A stretch of DNA of 64,000 bases, taken from Candidatus Magasanikiibacteriota bacterium. GTDB lineage: Bacteria > Patescibacteriota > Patescibacteriia > Magasanikbacterales > UBA922. Each line of letters starts with the position of its first letter. Position 1 is the stretch's first letter. Below, in pieces: positions 37,889 through 46,460 of this stretch. The DNA is taken from positions 83,234 to 147,233 of the forward strand of contig JBAYVA010000002.1 in the NCBI GenBank assembly GCA_041674805.1. Direction: 5' to 3'. The notes beneath the pieces are model-generated. The model searched no databases, was not told the origin of the DNA, and worked only from the letters and a program-made list of their open reading frames with translations. Both the position numbers and the translations under genes were made by a program.

Positions 37889-38455
37889 ATGAACAAAAAA
37901 ATAAAATCCTTACTTATTGGTGGTAATTTGTGGTATTTAGGTGAGGGCATGTTTGGTCCTTTGTTAGCTGTTTTTACTGAAAAAATTGGTGGTGATGTTC
38001 TTGATATAAGTTATGCTTGGTCGATTTATCTTTTAGTTATGGGTTTGCTAACAATGTTTGTTGGTAAGTTTTCTGATAAATCTGATAAAGCAAAAATAAT
38101 GGTATTTGGTTATGCTTTGAATGCTTTTTTTACCTTTGCTTATTTGTTTGTAGATTCATCTTTGAAACTTTTCGTTGTGCAGGCTGGTTTGGGTATATCA
38201 GCTTCTTTGGCTGCTCCAACTTGGTATTCATTGTATGCTAAGTATGAAGATAAAAATAAAGATGGTATGGAATGGGGTTTGGCAAGTGGTAGTTCGAATA
38301 TTATTACAGGTATTGCAATTTTAATTGGAGGTATTATTTTGAAATTTTATTCTTTTAATATTTTATTTTGTGTAATGGGTACTTTGCAGGTTGTGGCTAC
38401 TATTTATCAATTCCAAATTTTGAAAAAAAAGAAATTATTATTTTTTAAAAGATAG
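37889..38455 (+). CDS. MFS-transporter-like half protein (about 6 TM); possible gene fragment
   Basis: 188 aa, hydrophobic, with MFS-like loop motifs. No partner half is adjacent. Confidence 0.4.
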   Translation: MNKKIKSLLIGGNLWYLGEGMFGPLLAVFTEKIGGDVLDISYAWSIYLLVMGLLTMFVGKFSDKSDKAKIMVFGYALNAFFTFAYLFVDSSLKLFVVQAGLGISASLAAPTWYSLYAKYEDKNKDGMEWGLASGSSNIITGIAILIGGIILKFYSFNILFCVMGTLQVVATIYQFQILKKKKLLFFKR

Positions 38456-38458
38456 TTT

Positions 38459-38815
38459 ATGTTTAAGAAATTGACTCCTGAAGAAGAACAAATAATTTTG
38501 AACAAAGGCACTGAGGCTCCTTTTTCGGGTGAATATTATTTGAATAATGATAAAGGTGTTTATACTTGTAAACGTTGTGGTACTAAACTTTATAAATCAG
38601 AGGACAAATTTGATTCTGGTTGTGGTTGGCCGAGTTTTGATGATGAAATTGAAGGTAGTATAAAAAGATTGGTGGATAGTGATGGTTTGCGTACAGAAAT
38701 TCAATGTGCTAATTGCGGGGCACATCTTGGTCATGTTTTTGCTGGTGAAGGTATGACTCCAAAAAATATTAGGCATTGTGTAAATTCTTTGTCTTTGTTA
38801 TTTGAAAAGGACTAG
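38459..38815 (+). CDS. msrB: Peptide-methionine (R)-S-oxide reductase
   Basis: Two CxxC pairs, CKRCGTKLY...CANCGAHLGHVF, and the catalytic CGWPSF. Confidence 0.9.
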   Translation: MFKKLTPEEEQIILNKGTEAPFSGEYYLNNDKGVYTCKRCGTKLYKSEDKFDSGCGWPSFDDEIEGSIKRLVDSDGLRTEIQCANCGAHLGHVFAGEGMTPKNIRHCVNSLSLLFEKD

Positions 38816-38883
38816 TAATCTAGATGGTCATTTTATTATTTCAATTTTATCTCTTCGTTATTGTAAAATAAGATAGATATAAG

Positions 38884-38899
38884 GAGATAAAATGGAGAT
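38884..38899 (+). promoter_or_regulatory. GAGATAAAATGGAGAT 16-mer (copy 1), in the msrB-msrA spacer, which is packed with GAGATA(A) motifs in both orientations
   Basis: Exact 16-mer. Additional GAGATAA/TTATCTC copies at about 38845, 38906 and 38930. Confidence 0.6.
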
Positions 38900-38978
38900 G
38901 ATTAAATTATCTCTATCTTATATCTGTTTTATCTCAATTTTTTGCTCGAGTCTTTAGTAAATAAAACACAAATTATAT

Positions 38979-39476
38979 ATGAACATTCTAAAAAAAATGA
39001 ACAAGGCATATTTCGCTGGTGGTTGTTTTTGGGGAGTGCAATATTATTTTGATAAGCTCCCGGGCGTTGTCAAAACAACAGTTGGTTATATGGGTGGAGA
39101 AAAACAAGAACCAACTTACCAAGAAGTTTGTGCTCATACGACTGGTCATTTGGAAGCTTTGGAAGTTGTATTTGATTCTGACAAAATAGATTTTGAAAAA
39201 GTATGTAAATATTTTTTTGAAATTCATGATCCAACTCAAAAAAATGGACAAGGACCTGATATTGGAGAACAATATTTGTCAGCTGTATTTTGTGTAGATG
39301 ATGAACAAAGAAATATTACAAAAAAATTGATTCTTATTTTGAAAGAAAAGGGGCTTGATATTTTTACTAAAATTTTACCAGCTGGAGAATTTTGGGAAGC
39401 AGAAAATTATCACCAAAAGTATTATGAAAAAAATGGACATGAACCTTATTGTCATTTTTATACTAAGCGTTTTTAG
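38979..39476 (+). CDS. msrA: Peptide-methionine (S)-S-oxide reductase
   Basis: AYFAGGCFWGVQYYF active-site signature. Confidence 0.9.
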   Translation: MNILKKMNKAYFAGGCFWGVQYYFDKLPGVVKTTVGYMGGEKQEPTYQEVCAHTTGHLEALEVVFDSDKIDFEKVCKYFFEIHDPTQKNGQGPDIGEQYLSAVFCVDDEQRNITKKLILILKEKGLDIFTKILPAGEFWEAENYHQKYYEKNGHEPYCHFYTKRF

Positions 39477-39539
39477 AGGATTGATTCAAATATTCGGATA
39501 ATTCAAATAACAGATATAATAAATTATTAATTTTAACTT

Positions 39540-40022
39540 ATGAAAATAGATTTCAAAAAACTAACAATATCTATTGTTGGTACACAACTTGCAGGTGTCT
39601 TAGGTTCGGTTTTTAATTTTGTTTCTATACCTACTTGGTATACAACTTTGAATAAACCAAGTTTCAATCCACCAAATTGGGTATTTGGACCTGTTTGGAC
39701 AATTTTGTTTTTGATGATGGGAGTTGCTGTTTATTTGGTCTGGACCAAAAAGACAATTTTTCATCAAAAAAAGAAAAAAGAAGCTTTGCAAATTTATTTA
39801 TTGCAACTTTTGTTAAATGTTTTGTGGAGTGCTTTGTTTTTTGGAATTTTGAATCCAGGTTTGGCTTTTGCTGAAATAATTGTTTTGTGGTTAGCTATTG
39901 TAATAACTATTTTCAAATTTAATAAATTTTCTACATTGGCTGCATGGTTGTTGGTACCTTATTTATTGTGGGTGAGTTTTGCTAGTATTCTGAATTTTTC
40001 GATTTGGATTTTGAATTTTTGA
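39540..40022 (+). CDS. tspO: TspO/MBR (tryptophan-rich sensory protein) family
   Basis: Five TM helices. W..L.KPSFNPPNWVFGPVWTILFLMMGVAVYLVW is the TspO signature. Confidence 0.8.
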   Translation: MKIDFKKLTISIVGTQLAGVLGSVFNFVSIPTWYTTLNKPSFNPPNWVFGPVWTILFLMMGVAVYLVWTKKTIFHQKKKKEALQIYLLQLLLNVLWSALFFGILNPGLAFAEIIVLWLAIVITIFKFNKFSTLAAWLLVPYLLWVSFASILNFSIWILNF

Positions 40023-40079
40023 TTTTTGACAAAATCATATTTTGTTGATAATATGTTTTTACTTTATTTGAAGTAAAAA

Positions 40080-40153
40080 GGGCCTTTAGCTCAGCTGGCT
40101 AGAGCGCTTCCATGGCATGGAAGAGGTCATGGGTTCAAGTCCCATAAGGTCCA
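40080..40153 (+). tRNA. tRNA-Ala (anticodon GGC)
   Basis: GGGCCTTTAGCTCAGCTGGCTAGAGCGCTTCCATGGCATGGAAGAGGTCATGGGTTCAAGTCCCATAAGGTCCA. G3:U70 is present. Anticodon loop is ATGGCAT. Confidence 0.85.
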
Positions 40154-40170
40154 CAATTAAATAAAGCAAA

Positions 40171-40244
40171 GGGCCGTTTCCCGATTCATCGGGAGGCTAG
40201 AGTGCCCGGACGGGAGGTCGCTGGTTCGAATCCAGTAAGGTCCA
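40171..40244 (+). other. Atypical tRNA-like element (intact acceptor and T-arm, no standard anticodon arm)
   Basis: GGGCCGTTTCCCGATTCATCGGGAGGCTAGAGTGCCCGGACGGGAGGTCGCTGGTTCGAATCCAGTAAGGTCCA. The acceptor pairs 6/7, and it has a G3:U70-like pair. The T-arm GCTGG-TTCGAAT-CCAGT carries compensatory changes relative to the neighbouring tRNA-Ala. The middle folds as two short hairpins, CCCG-ATTCAT-CGGG and CCCG-GA-CGGG, not as an anticodon stem-loop. Confidence 0.4.
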
Positions 40245-40318
40245 CAAAAAAACTTTCTATTTTATAGAGAGTTTTTTGTTTTTTGATTACATGTTATACT
40301 ATAAAAATAATATAATAA

Positions 40319-41185
40319 TTGAAATATATGCGACCACAAAATTTTAAAACAAAAATATTTCTTGATAGTGGTAATCCAGTTGAAACCAGAGAAGCAATTA
40401 AACTTCTTGGTTTTCTTGATGGACAAACTACCAATCCAAGTCTTATTGCCAAAAATCCAGAATTGCAAGCCAAAATTTTTGCAGGAGAAAAATTAACTTC
40501 TGAAGAAGTAAATGCTTTTTATAAAAGTGTAATAGAAGAAATTCGTGCTTTGATTCCAGAAGGTTCTATTTCTATAGAAGTCTATGCAGACAAAGAAACC
40601 AGTTTAGAAAAAATTTTGATACAAGCAAGAGAAATGAATAGTTGGATAAAAAATGCTCATATTAAGTTGCCTATTACAAAAACAGGTTTGGAAGCTGAAA
40701 AAATTTTAGTTGAAGAAAATATCAAAGTGAATATGACTCTTTGTTTTTCACAAGAGCAAGCAGCGGCTGTATATAATATGAGTAATGGCGCAAAAAAAGG
40801 GGATGTATTTGTTTCTCCTTTTATTGGTAGACTTGATGATAAGGGACAAAATGGTATGAGTTTGATTGCTAATATCCAAAAAATGTACGAAAAAGGGGAT
40901 GGACATGTTGAATTGTTGGCGGCTAGTGTCAGAACTTATGAACATTTTATGGCGTGTTTGGCTTTGAAAGTAGATATTATTACAGCTCCTTTAAAAATTT
41001 TGGAAGAATGGTGGAAAAGAGATTTGGAGTTACCTCAAACAGATTTTGTGTATAACAAAAAAGATTTAGTAAATTTGGATTTTGAGAATGTAGATTTATC
41101 AAAAGCTGAATATAATATTCAACATGAATTGACAAATATTGGTTTGGAAAAATTTGTAAGTGATTGGAAGACATTGATTACATAG
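40319..41185 (+). CDS. tal: Transaldolase-family protein
   Basis: FLDSGNPVETREA...GQTTNPSLIAKN and the Schiff-base lysine context HIKLPITKTGLEA. Confidence 0.8.
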   Translation: MKYMRPQNFKTKIFLDSGNPVETREAIKLLGFLDGQTTNPSLIAKNPELQAKIFAGEKLTSEEVNAFYKSVIEEIRALIPEGSISIEVYADKETSLEKILIQAREMNSWIKNAHIKLPITKTGLEAEKILVEENIKVNMTLCFSQEQAAAVYNMSNGAKKGDVFVSPFIGRLDDKGQNGMSLIANIQKMYEKGDGHVELLAASVRTYEHFMACLALKVDIITAPLKILEEWWKRDLELPQTDFVYNKKDLVNLDFENVDLSKAEYNIQHELTNIGLEKFVSDWKTLIT

Positions 41186-41288
41186 ATTCAAAAAATATTA
41201 AACTAATAAAAAAACAGGTTTTGAAACCTGTTTTTTGTTTAAAACATTGACAAAAAAATCCTTTTCATATATAATCTTAACCATCAAT

Positions 41289-41361
41289 GCGGATGTCGTA
41301 TAATGGCTTATTATCTCGGCCTTCCAAGCCGATGACGCCGGTTCGATTCCGGTCATCCGCT
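41289..41361 (+). tRNA. tRNA-Gly (anticodon TCC)
   Basis: GCGGATGTCGTATAATGGCTTATTATCTCGGCCTTCCAAGCCGATGACGCCGGTTCGATTCCGGTCATCCGCT. Confidence 0.85.
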
Positions 41362-41449
41362 CTAAAGGCTTTGACCTTAAAATTTACACAGTGTGGTTAG
41401 TTAAAACGTTTAGTAGGAAGAATAAATATATCGTAGTATTCAAACATAT

Positions 41450-41523
41450 CGCGGGATAGAGCAGTCAGGCAGCTCGTCGGGCTCATAACCCGAAGGTCGT
41501 CGGTTCAAATCCGACTCCCGCAA
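41450..41523 (+). tRNA. Initiator tRNA-fMet (anticodon CAT)
   Basis: CGCGGGATAGAGCAGTCAGGCAGCTCGTCGGGCTCATAACCCGAAGGTCGTCGGTTCAAATCCGACTCCCGCAA. C1xA72 mismatch, and three G:C pairs in the anticodon stem (GGG/CCC). Confidence 0.75.
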
Positions 41524-41574
41524 CAAAGGTATTTACATTTTTTGTAAATATGTTAAAATGAATTTCGCAAAAAT

Positions 41575-41647
41575 GCGGTAGTAGTTCAGTTGGTAGAACG
41601 CTTCCTTGCCAAGGAAGAGGTCGCCGGTTCGAATCCGGTCTGCCGCT
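41575..41647 (+). tRNA. tRNA-Gly (anticodon GCC)
   Basis: GCGGTAGTAGTTCAGTTGGTAGAACGCTTCCTTGCCAAGGAAGAGGTCGCCGGTTCGAATCCGGTCTGCCGCT. Confidence 0.85.
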
Positions 41648-41654
41648 CTTATAG

Positions 41655-41679
41655 ACACCAATTATATTGGTGTTTTTTT
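41655..41679 (+). terminator. Rho-independent terminator after the tRNA cluster
   Basis: ACACCAAT-TATA-TTGGTGT followed by T6. Confidence 0.65.
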
Positions 41680-41955
41680 ATCTTTAAAATGTTCAAAATA
41701 AAAATATACACAGGTTTTGGGGATAACAATAGACTTTTTTTGTTTTTTTGTGTATAATAGTTTTATTGTTGAGTTGAATACAATTTAACAATATTGAAGT
41801 AGCAATACTTCAAACAAGGGTTATAATTTATTTTAGCCCTCACTGTATGGCCACAGAAACTCCTCTTTTTTCGGGGGGTTTTTGTTTTGCTCAAGTTCAC
41901 TTGCGATAGTCTTTTAATTCTGTTAAAATTCAATTATATATTTTAACTTTTTATT

Positions 41956-42438
41956 ATGCCTATTGAATCACGTAAAGATTTTATTTCTTGGGATGAGTGT
42001 TTTATGCGCATTGCTCACGTTATTGCTTTGCGTTCTAAGGATCCTTCTACGCAGGTGGGTGCTGTAATTGCTGATAGGGATAATGTGGTTATTGGTCTTG
42101 GTTATAATGGTTTTCCAAGGGGTATTGAAAGTGATAAATTACCTTGGGATAGAGAAGGTGAAAAATTATCTGATACCAAGTATGCCTATGTTTGTCATGC
42201 TGAAGAAAATGCAATATATAATTCAAGTAAACAGCCAAAAGATTGTAAAATTTATTGCTCTCTTTTCCCTTGTAATGAATGTGCTAAGACAATTGTCCAA
42301 AATGGAATTACAGAAATAGTTTATGAGAGTGACAAATATCATGATGATGATATTTTTGTAGCCTCACGTCGTATCTTGGATGCGGCTGGTGTAGTTTGTC
42401 GACAATTTATTTCAGAAGAAACAAAAAATAAAGAATAA
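41956..42438 (+). CDS. dCMP deaminase (ComEB-like)
   Basis: Zinc-binding CDA motifs HAEENAI and PCNECAK. Confidence 0.85.
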   Translation: MPIESRKDFISWDECFMRIAHVIALRSKDPSTQVGAVIADRDNVVIGLGYNGFPRGIESDKLPWDREGEKLSDTKYAYVCHAEENAIYNSSKQPKDCKIYCSLFPCNECAKTIVQNGITEIVYESDKYHDDDIFVASRRILDAAGVVCRQFISEETKNKE

Positions 42439-42443
42439 AAAAT

Positions 42444-43007
42444 ATGTCAAATAAAATAATTTTAGGTTTTGTTGGTGATTTGGCTTCTGGTAAGGGAACC
42501 TTGGCTAAATATTTACAAGAAAAGTATAATTGTAATACTTACAGATTTTCTAATATGCTTCGTGATGTTTTAGATAGAATCTATGTAGAAAAAAATCGTG
42601 AAAATATGCAACTCGTTTCAAAAGTATTGCGCGAAAATTTTGGGCAAGATGTGATGAGCAATGTCATTGCCAAAGATGTGGTTGGTGACAAAAATGAACT
42701 TGTTGTGGTAGATGGTATTAGACGTCCAACTGACATCACTTATTTACAAAATTTAGAAGGTTTTCATCTAATATATATTACAGCTGACGTCAAAACTCGT
42801 TGGCAAAGAATGGTGAATCGTCAAGAAAATCCTGATGAAAAAGACAAAACGTTTGAACAATTTTTACTTGATGAACAAGCAGAAGCAGATATGCTGATAA
42901 AAGAGCTTGGTAGTAAAGCTGAAAAAACAATAAATAATGATGGTACAATCGAAGAACTTTATAACAAAATAGAAAATATTTTAGAAAGTTATGGACATAA
43001 AAATTAA
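42444..43007 (+). CDS. P-loop nucleoside/nucleotide kinase-family protein
   Basis: Walker A GDLASGKGT, 187 aa, NMP-kinase-like size. Embedded in the dTTP-synthesis cluster, so a dNMP kinase role is inferred. Confidence 0.5.
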   Translation: MSNKIILGFVGDLASGKGTLAKYLQEKYNCNTYRFSNMLRDVLDRIYVEKNRENMQLVSKVLRENFGQDVMSNVIAKDVVGDKNELVVVDGIRRPTDITYLQNLEGFHLIYITADVKTRWQRMVNRQENPDEKDKTFEQFLLDEQAEADMLIKELGSKAEKTINNDGTIEELYNKIENILESYGHKN

Positions 43008-43425
43008 ACGCATAGACAAAAGTTTACCTTTACCAGAATACAAAACACAAGGCTCTATTGCTTTTGATATGTATTCTCGCGAAGAAATGAAAATTGCGCC
43101 AAAATCTTTGGCACTTTTACCAAGTAATTTCATTATCAAAACTCCAGAAAGTCACGGACTTATTTTGTCAGCTAGATCTAGTCTTGCTAAGAAAAAAGGT
43201 TTGATGCTCGCCAATGGTGTTGGTACAATTGATAGGGATTATTGTGGTGAAAATGATGAAATATTATTGTCAGTTTATAATTTTACAGATGCAGAAGTAA
43301 TTGTAGAAAAAGGTGAGCGTATCGCCCAAGGTATGTTTATGCGTATTGATAGTGGTAATTTTGTAGAAGTAGAAAAAATGGAAGAAAATGATAGGGGGGG
43401 GTTTGGGAGTACAGGTTCGTTTTAA
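42991..43425 (+). CDS. dut: dUTP diphosphatase
   Basis: Trimeric dUTPase motifs AFDMYS, ANGVGTIDRDYCGE and the C-terminal GGFGSTG. Confidence 0.85.
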   Translation: MDIKIKRIDKSLPLPEYKTQGSIAFDMYSREEMKIAPKSLALLPSNFIIKTPESHGLILSARSSLAKKKGLMLANGVGTIDRDYCGENDEILLSVYNFTDAEVIVEKGERIAQGMFMRIDSGNFVEVEKMEENDRGGFGSTGSF

Positions 43426-43444
43426 TGCAGATTAGTATTGATAT

Positions 43445-43464
43445 TTACGCGGATAGACGCGGAA
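43445..43464. repeat. TTACGCGGATAGACGCGGAA (two ACGCGGA units) 16 bp upstream of the thyA start
   Basis: Exact copy of the 20-mer in the tig leader (21321-21340). Confidence 0.8.
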
Positions 43465-43479
43465 TTAATTTTATAAAAT

Positions 43480-44352
43480 ATGAAAGCATACTTGGATATT
43501 GTTAAAAAAATATTAGATAGTGGAATAGAAAAAACAGATAGAACAGGTACTGGTACTATTTCTATACCTGGCATCATGTTTGAACATGAAATGAGCAAAG
43601 GTTTTCCATTACTTACCACAAAAAAAATGCCTTTCAAAATTTTGGCTGTGGAGTTGGAATTTTTTATCAAAGGTCTTACTGACAAACAATGGTTGATTGA
43701 TAGAAACTGTCATATTTGGGATGAATGGGCAAATCCTGAAAAAGCTCCTTATGGACATGACGAAGCTAGCAAAAAAAGAATGGCAGAAGAAAGAGATTTG
43801 GGGCCAGTTTATGGTTTCCAATGGCGTCATTTTGGTGCACCTTATTATAATTATGATAGTGATTATACAGAACAAGGTTTTGATCAGCTGAAATATGTAG
43901 TTGATAATTTGAAAAATAAACCAGACGATAGAAGAATGGTTGTAAGCGCCTGGAATCCTGCAATGGCTTCTAAAATGGCTCTCCCTCCATGTCACTATGC
44001 TTTTCAAGTTACGGTTACTGATGGTAAATTAAATCTTATGTGGAACCAAAGATCTGTGGACACTATGCTAGGGCTTCCTTTTAATATCGCTAGTTATGCT
44101 TTGTTATTACATCTTTTGGCAAAAGAATCCAATTTGGGTGAGGGTAAGCTCGTTGGTTTCCTTGGTGACACTCATATTTACAAAAATCATATAGAAGGTG
44201 CAGAAGAACAACTTAGTCGTGATTCAAATAAATATCAATTACCAAAATTGGAAACAGAAAATTTCACTTCTATTTTTGACTGGAAAGCTGAAGATACCAA
44301 AGTCGTTGGTTACGAAAGTTTTGATAGAATAAAATTTGATATTGCTGTTTAA
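43480..44352 (+). CDS. thyA: Thymidylate synthase
   Basis: Catalytic-Cys context LPPCHYAFQ, folate-binding region, 290 aa. Confidence 0.9.
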   Translation: MKAYLDIVKKILDSGIEKTDRTGTGTISIPGIMFEHEMSKGFPLLTTKKMPFKILAVELEFFIKGLTDKQWLIDRNCHIWDEWANPEKAPYGHDEASKKRMAEERDLGPVYGFQWRHFGAPYYNYDSDYTEQGFDQLKYVVDNLKNKPDDRRMVVSAWNPAMASKMALPPCHYAFQVTVTDGKLNLMWNQRSVDTMLGLPFNIASYALLLHLLAKESNLGEGKLVGFLGDTHIYKNHIEGAEEQLSRDSNKYQLPKLETENFTSIFDWKAEDTKVVGYESFDRIKFDIAV

Positions 44353-44363
44353 TTTAAAAATAT

Positions 44364-44834
44364 ATGCTTTCACTTATCGCCGCTATTTCAGAAAATAATT
44401 GCATTGGAAAAAACAATGCTTTGCCTTGGAATATCAAAGAAGACATGAAACATTTCAAAGAAATTACTAGTGGAAATATTGTTCTTATGGGACGTAATAC
44501 TTGGGAATCAATTCCCGAAAGATTTCGTCCACTGCCAAATAGAAAAAATATTGTGATTACTCGCGATGAAAATTATTTGTTGCCAGAAAATGTAGAAAAA
44601 TATTTTAGTATTGAAGAAGCTCTTGAAAAATACAAAAATGAAAATGTTTTTATCATTGGTGGAGCAAGTATTTATAAACAAACAATTGATATTGCTGATA
44701 AACTATATATTACCGAAGTTCACAAGACATTTGATGGAGATGTTTTTTTCCCAGAAATAAATAAAAATATTTGGAAAGAAGTTGGGCGTGAAGATTTTGG
44801 TGAATTTAGTTTTGTTGAGTACTCTCATAAATAA
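44364..44834 (+). CDS. folA: Dihydrofolate reductase
   Basis: MLSLIAAISENNCIGKNNALPWNIKEDMKHFK...LMGRNTWESIP. Confidence 0.85.
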   Translation: MLSLIAAISENNCIGKNNALPWNIKEDMKHFKEITSGNIVLMGRNTWESIPERFRPLPNRKNIVITRDENYLLPENVEKYFSIEEALEKYKNENVFIIGGASIYKQTIDIADKLYITEVHKTFDGDVFFPEINKNIWKEVGREDFGEFSFVEYSHK

Positions 44835-44837
44835 ATT

Positions 44838-44853
44838 GAGATAAAATAGAGAT
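44838..44853 (+). promoter_or_regulatory. GAGATAAAATAGAGAT (copy 2, one mismatch) plus a third GAGATAAT half-site, 35 bp upstream of tmk
   Basis: TTGAGATAAAATAGAGATACAATTGAGATAATT. Confidence 0.55.
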
Positions 44854-44887
44854 ACAATTGAGATAATTTTTTTAAATAAAATAATTT

Positions 44888-45475
44888 ATGAAAAATGGAT
44901 TATTCATAGTTTTACACGGAATAAATAATTTGGGCAAAACTACTCAAGCCAAAATGTTGGTTGAAAAATTGCAAGCAGAAGGACATAAAGCAGAATATAT
45001 GAAATATCCTGTTTATGATTTGGAACCATCTGGTGTAATTTTGAATAATTATTTACGTGAGGGAAACAAATTTAGTCTGACTCCTCGTGAAATTCAAACA
45101 ATTTACGCTCTCAATCGTACACAATATGAATCAACTTTGAAAGAAAAGTTAGAAAGTGGTATAAATATTATTGCCGAAGATTACACTGGCACGGGAATTT
45201 GTTGGGGGATTGGTGCTGGAGTGGATGAAGAATATTTGAAATTAATAAATTCACATTTATTAAAAGAAGATTTAGATTTTCTTTTTGATGGTAAACGTTT
45301 TACAGAAAGTACAGAAAAAAATCATAAGCATGAAACAGATGAAGAACTTTTGGAAAAAGTGAGACAAACACATTTGAGAATAGGTGAAGAATTTGGTTGG
45401 AAAAAAATAAATGCTAATTTAACAATTCTAGAAATTCATGCTATACTATGGGAAGAAATAAAAAAATTAATTTAA
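44888..45475 (+). CDS. tmk: Thymidylate kinase-like
   Basis: FIVLHGINNLGKTTQAKML is a P-loop in the dTMP-kinase arrangement. About 195 aa. Confidence 0.7.
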   Translation: MKNGLFIVLHGINNLGKTTQAKMLVEKLQAEGHKAEYMKYPVYDLEPSGVILNNYLREGNKFSLTPREIQTIYALNRTQYESTLKEKLESGINIIAEDYTGTGICWGIGAGVDEEYLKLINSHLLKEDLDFLFDGKRFTESTEKNHKHETDEELLEKVRQTHLRIGEEFGWKKINANLTILEIHAILWEEIKKLI

Positions 45476-45484
45476 AATAATTTT

Positions 45485-46264
45485 ATGTTGCCTTCCATTA
45501 GTAAATTTTTTGTGAAATCTAGCAAAATTTATTTGTCTGTTTTTACAAAAATGTGGCCATATTTTATAATTTTGGCTGTTTTTTCATTTGTTATTTTATT
45601 GAAAGATATATCAAATGTTGTTTTAGTTGATTTAATAAAAAATGTATATTTGAGAACTTCATTGATAGGTCTCGCTGCTTTTATTTTTTCTTTGTTAAGT
45701 TTTTCTTTGTCTATTTCTATAGTACGTTTTTTTTCAGCTTTTGTTACAAACAGTATTTTGCCAAAATTTTTTTCTAATTTAAAAGAATCTTTTTTTATAG
45801 CTTGGAAACATGTGGGGTTAGTTTTGATTTTTATGATACCTACAATTTTGATTTATTCTATTTTCATAGCTAGTTTAGCAGGAGTATTGTCTTTTGGGCA
45901 GATGATTATCTCTAATTTTGTTTTGTTGTTTTTATTACTCTTAGTTGTTTTGTGGTTTGTAGTATTAGGACAAGCTGTTGCTTTGGAAAATGCTGGAAGT
46001 TTTGCTTCAATAAAAAATTCTATTTTTTTGGTAAAAGGTAGAGTGTTTGAATCTTTTTTATTGACTGCTCTTCCTTTACTTTTGGTAAGTATTGTTTTCA
46101 ATTTAATATTTGATAGTATATTAACTATATTTTTATCTACAGATAGTTGGTTTTATTCATTATTGCTTCTTTTTGCTGTTATTTGTATTTTTTCTTTTAG
46201 TTTATTATTGACTACTTTGTTATATTTTGAACTAAAAAATAATAAAAATATTGAAAATGTTTAG
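45485..46264 (+). CDS. Hypothetical polytopic membrane protein
   Basis: 259 aa with about 6 predicted TM helices. No known motif. Confidence 0.5.
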   Translation: MLPSISKFFVKSSKIYLSVFTKMWPYFIILAVFSFVILLKDISNVVLVDLIKNVYLRTSLIGLAAFIFSLLSFSLSISIVRFFSAFVTNSILPKFFSNLKESFFIAWKHVGLVLIFMIPTILIYSIFIASLAGVLSFGQMIISNFVLLFLLLLVVLWFVVLGQAVALENAGSFASIKNSIFLVKGRVFESFLLTALPLLLVSIVFNLIFDSILTIFLSTDSWFYSLLLLFAVICIFSFSLLLTTLLYFELKNNKNIENV

Positions 46265-46283
46265 ATTTATTTTTTATTTTCAA

Positions 46284-46312
46284 GAGACCTCCAAAATTTG
46301 GGGGTCTTTTCT
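46284..46312 (+). terminator. Rho-independent terminator
   Basis: GACCTCC-AAAATTT-GGGGGTC followed by a T-run. Confidence 0.65.
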
Positions 46313-46460
46313 TTTGTCTTTTCTCGTGTTACAATCAAGTTATGGATGTCTAACTTTGACTTTTTTTAGAGTCATCCTATAGACGTGCTATTAAGTTATT
46401 TTAAAAAAGATCCCTCTCCTTCGACTCCTTCGTCGCTCAGGATCGGGATGACAAAAACAT

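Noticed and set aside
41760-41955. Possible small RNA between tRNA-Gly(GCC) and the dCMP deaminase gene (hairpins TTGAAGTA-GCAA-TACTTCAA; ...CCTCTTTTTTCGGGGGGTTTTT)
   Set aside because: It has only isolated hairpins and a G6/T5 run, with no recognisable family. It could simply be terminator or promoter structure. Evidence is insufficient to call a feature.
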